Assembly: GCA_963769935.1 (NCBI GenBank)
Contig: CAVYNY010000007.1
Span: 160,001-224,000, forward strand
Length of the DNA stretch: 64,000 nucleotides
Reading direction: 5' to 3'
DNA from: an uncultured delta proteobacterium
GTDB taxonomy: Bacteria > Desulfobacterota > Desulfobacteria > Desulfobacterales > JAFDCJ01
The notes beneath the pieces were generated by a model. It made no database searches and was not told the DNA's origin. It saw only the letters and a list, made by a program, of their open reading frames with translations. The translations under genes and the position numbers were made by a program. Shown piece after piece: positions 30,488 to 39,600 of this stretch (position 1 is the stretch's first letter; each line of letters opens with the position of its first letter).

Positions 30488-31023
30488 TTTGTGGATGGGG
30501 GGTAACAACGTATAATAATCCGGCATTTCTGGCCTTCCAGATGGCCACTGCCAAGCCTTACGGACTTAATTGGTCGACTGGAGAGGATAACCTACTGCTT
30601 GTCTGCGTCGGCACCGGTAGCGCGCCCAAGGCGCGGCCTGGTTTGAAAGAAGATGACTTGTGGTTTTTAGATCATGCCAAAAACATACCCTCGGCACTCA
30701 TGAACGGAGCTTCGGCCGGTTGGGACATGGCCTGCCGGATTCTGGGAAATTGCCGATTCGGCGCCCAAATCGACAGGGAGTTTGGCGACATGGTTTATAG
30801 TGATGAAGAGGGTTCGAACTGGACAGGAACGAAACTCTTCACGTATGTGCGCTACGATCCGGATGTCACTGCTAAAGGTCTAAATGATCTGGATCTGGCG
30901 GATATCAAACCCGCCCATGTCCAGATAATGGACTCGGTGGATCATATCGACGATATCCAACGGGTCGGAAAAGCATATGCAGATAGGTACTTTCAGCTTT
31001 CTCATTTATGTTCATTTGTTTAA
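30488..31023 (+). pseudogene. C-terminal remnant of a patatin-like phospholipase
   Basis: FVDGG, then a 1-nt shift in the G run, then TTYNNPAFLAFQMAT...LLLVCVGTG. The N-terminal GxSxG half is missing. Confidence 0.75.
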
Positions 31024-31036
31024 GGGGAGTTATACT

Positions 31037-32269
31037 ATGCCTAAAAAATGTTTTGTCATTCAAGGTTTCGGGAAGAAACAAGATTACGAACAGGGAAAAA
31101 TGTTCGATCTGGATGCTTCCTATATGGTCATCAAAGACGCCATGGAGGAGGCCGGACTGGAATGTCATCGGGCCGACGAACTGCGCACCAATGCGCTCAT
31201 CGACCAAGTAATGTACGATCAGCTTCTGGGCGCGGATCTGGTGCTGGCAGACATTACGACGCTAAATTTCAACGCCGGCTTCGAACTCGGGGTGCGATAC
31301 GCCCTGAGGCCCTATGCGACGCTTGTGGTGGGCGAAGAGGGGATGAATTTCCCCTTCGACATCAACCATATTTACATTCACAGATACAAGCATCTGGGCG
31401 AAGATATCGGTTTTTCGGAAGCGCGGCGGTTTCAGAAAGAATTGAAAGCACTCGCTTCGGAGGCCGTTGAAAAGGCGCAAACGGACAGCCCAGTATACAC
31501 CTATTTGAAACAATTGCCGCCCGACGGCTATTTGGATAAGACCAAGGAGTCGTTATCGCCGTCAACCGAGGAATCCGCCAAAACGGAGGCGTCTTCCCTG
31601 CGCGATCTGATTGATAAGGCCAATGGAGCAATGAGGGGTGGAGATTTTACCGGTGCGGTCGAATATTGGTCTAAAGCTCGCGACATATCGGGTAAGAACG
31701 ACTATATCGTCCAGCAGCTTGCATTGGCCACTTACAAGAGCAAGCAACCGGACGAAGAAGTCGCGCTTAATAAAGCCAAATCGATTTTGGCGTACCTGAA
31801 GCCGCATGGCAGCTTCGATGCCGAGACGCTGGGTTTATGGGCCGCCCTGCATAAACGTTTGTTTGATATTAACGCGGATCGCGGTGTTCTGGAAGAGGCC
31901 ATTTTTGCGCTTGAACGCGGGTTTTTTATTAAAGGCGACTATTATAACGGCATCAATCTGGCCTTTATGATGGATGTTAAAGCCTCAATCAGCAAAGCCC
32001 CTGAAAGAGAAGAACTGCACAGCCTGGCGCGCTATATCCGACGTAAAGTTAAGCATATTTGCAAACAGGCGATTGCCGCAGAAGATATTCGGGAAGATGA
32101 AAAATTCTGGGTCCTGGCAACCCTCTATGAGGCATGCGTGGGTGTCGGAGACAATGAGGAAGCCGACAAGTGGTATGCCGAAGCTGAAAAGGTGGCCAAA
32201 GATCAATGGATGAAGGCAACGATGGATGAACAGGATAAGAAATTGCGTGCCATTTTGAACGCGATTTAA
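31037..32269 (+). CDS. NDT/TIR-like N-terminal domain plus TRAF-binding-like (DUF4071) TPR protein
   Basis: KCFVIQGFG, CHRADE, ADITTLNFNAGFELGVRYALRP and PFD, then QQLALATYK, ETLGL and DYYNGINLA. SD GGGGAG. Confidence 0.8.
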   Translation: MPKKCFVIQGFGKKQDYEQGKMFDLDASYMVIKDAMEEAGLECHRADELRTNALIDQVMYDQLLGADLVLADITTLNFNAGFELGVRYALRPYATLVVGEEGMNFPFDINHIYIHRYKHLGEDIGFSEARRFQKELKALASEAVEKAQTDSPVYTYLKQLPPDGYLDKTKESLSPSTEESAKTEASSLRDLIDKANGAMRGGDFTGAVEYWSKARDISGKNDYIVQQLALATYKSKQPDEEVALNKAKSILAYLKPHGSFDAETLGLWAALHKRLFDINADRGVLEEAIFALERGFFIKGDYYNGINLAFMMDVKASISKAPEREELHSLARYIRRKVKHICKQAIAAEDIREDEKFWVLATLYEACVGVGDNEEADKWYAEAEKVAKDQWMKATMDEQDKKLRAILNAI

Positions 32270-32304
32270 TTTTTGTATCATCGCATAGATGACGGGCAGG
32301 CATG

Positions 32305-32391
32305 GGCGCCGGGCAAACACCCGCTCACGGTGAAGGCCAGCAGTTTATTATGTTATTGGGCGGTAAGAAAGCTGGGTATCACTGCCACCAA
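32305..32391 (+). mobile_element. RAYT-like transposase C-terminal fragment
   Basis: Translates to GKHPLTVKASSLLCYWAVRKLGITAT, similar to the fragments at 35544 and 35867. Confidence 0.6.
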
Positions 32392-32625
32392 ATGTCTCCT
32401 ATTGGGGCGGACCACCGCAAGGTTTTGTATCCATGGTAAAAAGGTTGAAAAGCACGGGTAATTTTTGACCTTGGAAGCATATTTTGAGCCATGAAAATGC
32501 GGTTCTAAGGTCTCAAAAGGGGTATCTATGATAGGCTATTGAAAACATATCAGAATGATGGTGTGGTCCGATCACGCAGGACCGGACCCCGCAGGACCGC
32601 GGGCGCAAACCGAGGAATTCGGAAA

Positions 32626-33774
32626 ATGAAAACCGATTGGATGATTTACGTCAAATGGCACACCATCGTGAAATGGAAGCGCAGAATGAATCTCGACAGC
32701 GAGCCGGGTCAGCGGGAGTACCCTTTTCAATACGCCAGCAATGGACGGCGATTCCGGGAAATTAAAGCTGGAGATGTTCTCTGGGTGGTGACCAATCCCC
32801 GTTTCAGTAAAACGGGCCGGCCGGTGACATACGGCCGGCCCCTCCCAATCGCTGTCATGGCAAGGCTTCGGGTCCGCACCGTGTGCTGCCAGGGCCATGA
32901 CGTTACGATAGTGTGCGGGAAAAAACTCCCCAGCTGTTTAGACGTTCCAAACCTCAGAATCCACCAGGCCTCGGACAGACTTGTCGGGGACATCCTGGTC
33001 GTTGGTGAAGCGGACGTAGATGATGCAGGCCCTCTTGAAGTCACTTATCCGCCGCTGTACAACATTTTCGGCATCCTGGGTCAACTGGCATTTCAAAACA
33101 AGCGGGGGAATTCGAATCTCGATGCCTACCTCGCTTGGGTGAAATCCGGCAACTACTGGCGGACAGGCGTGCCAGAGCCGGGAAAGGACGAGCCGGGCCC
33201 ACACTGGAAACTGGGTCAGCACCTTCAGTCCTTGAGGAAGCTGACACCGGAGGCCGGGGCCCTTCTCGACGGTGTTCACACATCTGCCGTGAATGGCCGT
33301 CGTATCTTTCTCAGTTACCGCCATGCCGATGTGAAGAATCTCGCTGAGGCAGGCACTCCGGAGCGCAGCATGGAACAGTGGATGGCGGCGCTGGCAGAAG
33401 AGCTGGAAAAAAAGGCGTTTGTCTCGTGGCTCGACAAGCATCAAATCTTGGACAACGGTGCAAATATCGGACTGCTGGACCAAACACTGCGGGACGGTGT
33501 GCGCCAAGCTGTGTTTTTCGTCGCCTTGATAACACCAGGATATGCCGTATCAAAAATAGGGCAGGAGAGGAACTGGACACGCGAAGAATGGGATAGCGCC
33601 GGCAAACAGGTCAACAATCCCAGCCGCCGAGACCAGCTGATTCGAATCGGACTGCTTTGCGGCGGGGATGCCGGCACCCTGCCCAAAGAGCCGATCGACC
33701 GATTCGTGGAAACCAAAGCCACGCCTCAAGCCATTGCGAGAGCGATCGACGCGGTTGCAGCGGAAATCGTCTGA
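32626..33774 (+). CDS. Protein with a C-terminal TIR domain and a possible PUA/EVE-like N-terminus
   Basis: RIFLSYRH, WLDK, FVALITPGY and WTREEW. The N-terminus has IKAGDVLWVV. Confidence 0.75.
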   Translation: MKTDWMIYVKWHTIVKWKRRMNLDSEPGQREYPFQYASNGRRFREIKAGDVLWVVTNPRFSKTGRPVTYGRPLPIAVMARLRVRTVCCQGHDVTIVCGKKLPSCLDVPNLRIHQASDRLVGDILVVGEADVDDAGPLEVTYPPLYNIFGILGQLAFQNKRGNSNLDAYLAWVKSGNYWRTGVPEPGKDEPGPHWKLGQHLQSLRKLTPEAGALLDGVHTSAVNGRRIFLSYRHADVKNLAEAGTPERSMEQWMAALAEELEKKAFVSWLDKHQILDNGANIGLLDQTLRDGVRQAVFFVALITPGYAVSKIGQERNWTREEWDSAGKQVNNPSRRDQLIRIGLLCGGDAGTLPKEPIDRFVETKATPQAIARAIDAVAAEIV

Positions 33775-33986
33775 CCGGCCTGATGAGCGTTGGAAGCGAA
33801 TTGTGGGTCGGACCGTAACGAATTGTGGGTCAGACCACCGTAAGGTTAAAAATTCGTGATAAAAGGATTGAAAAGTAGGGGCGATTTTTAACCTCAGAAG
33901 TGTTATATGGGCCATGAAAATGCGGTTTTAAGGGCTCAAAACGGGTATCTTTGGTGCGACCCGCGAGAGATTTGTGTTGACGAAGG

Positions 33987-35159
33987 TCAGTAAGTTGTCG
34001 AAGATTTGAAGAAAATAACCGAGACAATCGTGCCCGCCAGACCAACCAAGCCCCCCACAAGAAAGGCCACAGGGATGCTGGAGACATCGGCGATCACCCC
34101 AAACAGAATCGGTCCCAACACCTGCCCGAGGCTCAGCGAAGTCGTGAAAGCTCCCGTAACAGATCCCATTCCATAGATTCTCCCCCTTTCAGTCCGGATC
34201 GCGATAGCCGAAGCACGCGAAACGGAACTGAATCCCCCCATGCTTATCGCCAGGACCACAAACATCAACATGCTGTGCGAGTAGGCGGCGGCACACATGG
34301 ACAAGGCACTGCAGGTGCCTCCTATTAAAATGAGATTAACCTTCTGGGATGGAAATTTATCCGCCATCAATCCAAACGGAAACTGCATTATGCTTCCAAA
34401 GAGCATGTAGACAGAAAGAACCAGACCGATATCGGCAGGGCTCATTTTTTCTGCTCTTACGGCAATCAGCGGAAAGAATGTATTGAATCCCCACCTGTAA
34501 AATCCCCTCGTAACCATGTATGCCATGATGCCGATCATGGGTTTGTCTTTGAAAACCGGAAGAATGGCCTTTAAGAAAGACGCCCTTTTCTTGTCACGGC
34601 TCTTGAAGGCGGGACTTTCCGGCACGAGGAAAAGCATCAATACCAATACCAGCAGTGACAGTCCTCCCATGGCGTAGAAAGGAGCTTTTATATTGAACCG
34701 GTCGGTGAGATATCCTCCGAGGTATGGGCCTATCGCCATCCCCGCAAAGAAGGACATGAAGAATAGATTCATGTATTTGCCCTCCTTTCCGACCGGCGTT
34801 AAGTCGCCGACGTAGGCCTGGGCCACCGGCGTGACTAACACCACCGCGAATCCCTGCAGGAGCCTGATAAGAGTCAAAGTCAGCGGAGAGCCGGCGTAAA
34901 CAAAGCAGGCAGAAACCACGGTGAAGAGAACCAATCCGGCTATCATGAGGTATTTCCTGCCGTGTCGATCCGAGTACTGGCCAATAAATGGGGCAAATAT
35001 GCTTCTCGACAATGCGAAGCCGGCGAAGATAATTCCCAACTGGACCCCGGTCGCCTTCATGCTCTTAGCATACAGGGGCAAGATCGGGTCGATTATTCCC
35101 AGCCCAGTCATCGTGATGACTGTGGCAAAAAATAGGGTGATGTAGATTTTCTTATTCAT
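33987..35159 (-). CDS. MFS transporter (TetA/DHA1-like)
   Basis: About 12 hydrophobic segments; motif A GQYSDRHGRK. Confidence 0.92.
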   Translation of the reverse strand: MNKKIYITLFFATVITMTGLGIIDPILPLYAKSMKATGVQLGIIFAGFALSRSIFAPFIGQYSDRHGRKYLMIAGLVLFTVVSACFVYAGSPLTLTLIRLLQGFAVVLVTPVAQAYVGDLTPVGKEGKYMNLFFMSFFAGMAIGPYLGGYLTDRFNIKAPFYAMGGLSLLVLVLMLFLVPESPAFKSRDKKRASFLKAILPVFKDKPMIGIMAYMVTRGFYRWGFNTFFPLIAVRAEKMSPADIGLVLSVYMLFGSIMQFPFGLMADKFPSQKVNLILIGGTCSALSMCAAAYSHSMLMFVVLAISMGGFSSVSRASAIAIRTERGRIYGMGSVTGAFTTSLSLGQVLGPILFGVIADVSSIPVAFLVGGLVGLAGTIVSVIFFKSSTTY

Positions 35160-35267
35160 ATCAGTTGGATTTTTCTGAGTTTAAAAATACGATTGAAGAG
35201 CACCTGGGTCAAGAAGTGATGTGTGAATGCCAAATTTTAAATTATCCATTGGAGCTGCGGTATTAGA

Positions 35268-35950
35268 TGAGGCAAAAGAGCGGTTAGAGGAGCGTTATCG
35301 GCTTCGGGCTTAAGGGTATGATTTAGAAATTTATAATTTTCAGGGTCTCTTGGGTCAGGCCTAATGCCGTTAACTTAAGAAAAATATTTTTAACCGACAT
35401 CATCTCTCGCTTAGGTCTGGGACTGGGAAAGATTGAAAAGACTGGATTCCGGCCTTCGCCGGAATGACGAAAAAAGCAATCACATAAGGGTCAGAAGGCT
35501 TAAGTTAATGGCATTAGGTCCGACCCGGCAGTTGGGGTAAGAATTTGAATGGTTGGTAGATCGAGTGACCAGCTTCTTCGGTCTTACTTCCAAGGAGTTA
35601 TTGACGGTCGGAAAGCAACGGAGAACGGTAAAGGCCCGGAGCGTGTTATGCTATTGGGGGACGCGGGAACTTGGGATGAGCGCGGTTTGGATATCGAAAA
35701 AAACTGAACATCGCGTCCTCGACGGCAAGCGAATCCGCGGCGAGGGGTCGGCAAATCGTCGAAAGGCAAGGGTTGAATCTTGTGGACGAAAATATTGAAT
35801 AATCCGAAAATCCGAGGAACGCCCCGGTATACGCGGTATACGGGGTATATGCTGTCCGAGTGGCGGCAAGAAGTCTGCTGTGTTATAGGGCCGTGCGCGA
35901 GCTGGGCTTTTCAGCCACCGAGTTGGCAAAACGACTTAAGATGACACAAC
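35268..35950 (+). pseudogene. Fragmented RAYT (REP-associated tyrosine transposase)-like C-terminal remnants
   Basis: EAKERLEERYRLRA*GYD, then an insertion, then FEWLVDRV..VKARSVLCYWGTRELGMS with a frameshift. A further ARSLLCY.AVRELG.SATELAKRL fragment starts at 35867. Confidence 0.65.
35360..35518. mobile_element. 159-bp MITE with 20-bp terminal inverted repeats and an internal REP-like hairpin
   Basis: CCTAATGCCGTTAACTTAAG ... CTTAAGTTAATGGCATTAGG (19/20 match). Internal GGATTCCGGCCTTCGCCGGAATGAC at 35444-68. Confidence 0.8.
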
Positions 35951-36011
35951 TTGTACCCCCCTGAATTTTATTGTATTCTGGTGTGGTTAAAGGCATTGTG
36001 GAGGATACCCC

Positions 36012-36329
36012 ATGATTGAGAAGACCAACGCTAAAGAGTTAATATTTAAGCGTATCTTAGACGAAAAAAAACAACTTGCGTTCTATGGCGTCAAAAATAT
36101 TAGATTATTCGGTTCCTTTGTCCGGGGTGACCAGACGCCCTTGAGCGACATAGATATTCTCGTGGAATTCACGCCTGAAAAGCACACTTTCGACAATTTT
36201 ATGGAAGTTGCATTCCTATTGGAAGAGATCCTGGGACGCAAAGTAGAGTTGATTACGCCAGAGGCTCTCAGTCCGCACATCGGGCCTCACATCCTAAGGG
36301 AGGTTGAGCGTGCCCCTATCGCCGCATGA
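36012..36329 (+). CDS. Minimal nucleotidyltransferase (MNT) antitoxin
   Basis: LFGSFVRG..SDIDILVEF and LGRKVEL. SD GGAGG. Confidence 0.9.
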   Translation: MIEKTNAKELIFKRILDEKKQLAFYGVKNIRLFGSFVRGDQTPLSDIDILVEFTPEKHTFDNFMEVAFLLEEILGRKVELITPEALSPHIGPHILREVERAPIAA

Positions 36330-36440
36330 ATATATCCATCATATCTTTGATGAGATCGACTACATTTTAACCCAGATATCGGACGCTCGAAGCTTCAGAC
36401 TCTGCTTGAAGCAATCGAAAAAAGCCAACCAAACAGTTGA
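36310..36440 (+). pseudogene. HepT/DUF86 toxin with an internal deletion
   Basis: N-terminus (V)PLSPHEYIHHIFDEIDYI overlaps the MNT gene and joins out of frame to KLQTLLEAIEK*. No RxxxxH motif is left. Confidence 0.65.
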
Positions 36441-36510
36441 GCGGACGCGGGCAACTTGAGGGATTTTTCATGTCGGTATGATGCCGCGCCGCTCACTTCC
36501 CAGGTTATGT
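36423..36510 (+). other. Integron attC recombination site
   Basis: R'' AGCCAAC, 5 bp, L'' AGT(T)GAGC, GG(A)C GCGG...CCGC GCC, L' GCTCACT, 6 bp, R' GTTATGT. Spacing is canonical and two unpaired bases are present. Confidence 0.8.
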
Positions 36511-36677
36511 TTTTATCAAAACATCTTTGAAAATCGATCAAAATTATGGGAGGTGAGAAGCAGCGAGAAGACCTTCCCCGGTCACTTAGCACAATTTCAG
36601 ATGCTTAAATTTCTCGCCCTCTTTCACTTTGAGTATAAAAATTCCAAGCTCTAAAAAACCGATAACCCCAATCTTGG

Positions 36678-39600
36678 CTACTGCACCTGCGCTTGATACG
36701 GTTCCAGGGGAAGCGCCAGGGGTGAGTTGTCGACGACCGGGTTGCGCGTATCCGGCATGGCGCCGTAGAGATAGCGAACCGTTGCGCTTTCGGTAAGCGG
36801 ATTTTCCAACGTGATGCTGATGGTCGTCGGATTAAGGCGTTTGACCTCTGCGATGGGCTGGGCCGTTTCATTCACCAGGACTTCCCAGCCGGAAATACCA
36901 TCGACCGGCGTAAAATCCGATCCCCCCCGGTGTTCAATGCTGACATCTATGCGGCGGTCGTTAATTCGCCTGGCCGCGGTTGCCGTCGGTCCGCGATAAT
37001 ATTGCGCTTTCCCCAGGATATATAAAACCGTTTGCGCAACCCGGTATCCCATGGCCGTATACGCGTCCGGCTGCATATGCTGCTTTCCTCGATTTTTAAG
37101 ATCAAGAGTGGTGGCGGCCAGATAGCACTCAGGCACGTTTTCGGCAACGTATTTTTGAGCATTGCGGATGGCCTGGTGAGGTTCGTCCCAGCCCCCGGGA
37201 CGTCTGGTCATCATAATGACCAGAAAAGGCAGATGTTTACGATCCGAGCCGTTGGCAATGTCGGTCCGTACCTGATTCGTGATGAAGCTTTCGAGAGAGT
37301 CGCGATACTCCGTTTCGGTTACGGTTCTTCGGGCGGCATCCGCTTCACCCTGAAACCAGATGACAAATTCCAATACGCCGCCGACCTTTGACGCCCCGGC
37401 AACAAAATGGCTATAAATGGAGCCCGGCGCAGTATTTTCCCAGTAACCCGTGCCCCAGTCCGCCTCCTTGCGCAATCCGGAGCCGTTAACAGCAAAATCC
37501 AGCAATCCGACCGGTATTCCTAAGCTTTCGACCAGCCGGTTGCCGAAGGCCAGGGCCCCGTTGCCTCGGCTGCCCAATGACGTCCAGCCTTTATGCGAAT
37601 ATTTTCGAAGCATGGAATGCGCTTTAAATGATTCACCCGCATGGAACCACTCTTTCATGTTTGACTGACCCAGGCAGGCAATCAAGATTCCGACGCCCCA
37701 TTGATTCGATCCCTTGTCTGAAACTGAAGTTTTGCGGCCGAACCGAACCTGAAGATTGTACCAGCCTCCCTGGGGTACGCCGGCCAGCACACCCACAAAA
37801 ATACCGTTCTGCGGCGAATTGTCAATGATGGTCCAGGGCACAATATCTTCGCTGCTGTCCGCTCTGACGACCCTGGCCTCGATGGGTTCGACCGCTCCGG
37901 TACAGGTGCCGGATACGATGATATCCGCCCGGCGGTTATTGCGCTGGAAAATGCGTCCGTCTTCAAAGTCGGTCAATGTGATCGAAGGCGGATCCTCATC
38001 TGATTTTTGCACTTTCTCAGAAACGATTGGTTTGACATCGATGCTGCCTTCCATATTGCCGGTATGACTGACGCCGCTATCGGGTTTTGCTGTTGGTTCG
38101 GCATTTTCAGGCTCCGGCACAGGGGCAATAACGGCCGGTTTCCATTCGTGATCGGAGACTTTATCTCCGGCCTCATCGGGCTGATATCTATCGGAACGCG
38201 GGGGAGTACGGTCTTCAACAGCCTGATCATGGTCCGGCGGAATATCAGACTGGTTCGAGATTTTGGAATCGGCTTTTGCACCCAAGTCATGGTCCGGCGG
38301 AATATCAGACTGGGTCGAGATCGTGGAATCGGCTTTTGCAATCAAGTCATGGTCCGGCGGAATATCAGACTGGTTCGAGATTTCGGAATCGGCTTTTGCA
38401 ACTAAATCATGTTCCGGCAGGATTTTAGGTTCGCTTGAGAGATCAGAATTGGCTTCCGGTTTGGATGACTCGGCAGCCGTTTCAGGTTTAGCGGCGGTTG
38501 ATTCAATCTCAGGCTCGATTTTCACCTTCAGGTAACTTTTCGATGATCGATATTCCGCATCACCGGACGGTGTCCCGTCACCTGCCGCATCGATTATATC
38601 GGCATTCAAAGGGGGCGAGGGAAAGTTAAAAGCAGCGTCCTGTTCGGAAGTTTCCGCAATCCGGCCTCCAACAGATGCATATTCACCCGCATCAGGAGAT
38701 TCAGCGGCCGCTACCGTTTCGTTGCGAGGCGGTTGGTCCGTTGCCGGACGATCGGAAAATTCGATCAATTCGGCTGAGCGCAGCACGATCAGGCCGGCCT
38801 TTTCGCCCGGAAAAAATCGCAGCGACACCGTTTCCTGAAAGGGCAGCGGCAGGAAAAATTCCGTGATTCCCGGCTTGATGATTTTATGGACTGCATCCAG
38901 CAGCGGTATCCGGTATTGAATCGTCATGCGGTCCGACTGGCGCGCTGCCAGCGACAGCTTGAGCACCCGGAAAACATGATTGTTCGAGGCGGCCACGTCC
39001 GGCAATTCAAACGCGGACCCGGCTCCCAATGATTTGATTTCCAAACCATCCGGCCGATTAGCCAATGATGTTTGTGAGACCGGAGCCACTGTGGCCAAAT
39101 CCAGTGCAATTCTATGGGTGCTTTGCGCTTCGGGCTCCAGCATGGCATAGATTCGGTCAACGTCGATGTTCAGCGTCTGCAGCGCCGTTTGAGCGCTTTC
39201 CAACAATATGTATTTATACGCAAGCCAATCTTCCTTGTGCTGAATGGAGGGGATCCGGTCGGCCGGGACGACGGCAAGCTGTTTGAACATCTGCAACAGG
39301 TAGGGGGAAAGATTTTGCTGGAACAAGTCGCCGTATAGAATACCGGCCGGCAGATCGGACCGGTTGGAGCCGGCAAGGCGGCGGAAGGGCGTCTCCACGA
39401 TTTCCGCCGACAGTCCCATCAGACGGACGCCCAGATCGCCGATCCCGTCGTCGTGACTTGCGATGTAATCCAATGGGCCTGAACCGGCAGCAGCGTCATG
39501 GATGCGGTGATAGATGCTTTCGGCGGCCACCAACGCGCCCAGGCCGTTCCAGTGGGCATGCGTTTTGTCGTACAGCAGCGCCCGGCTTCTTTTGGCGGCT

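Noticed and set aside
26208..33774. Complete Thoeris, CBASS or Pycsar system
   Set aside because: No ThsA-like, CD-NTase or adjacent cyclase-effector partner is recognisable. The TIR genes are isolated.
38227..38420. 60-bp repeats as a CRISPR array
   Set aside because: The units are contiguous, in frame within a CDS and have no unique spacers. No cas genes are present.
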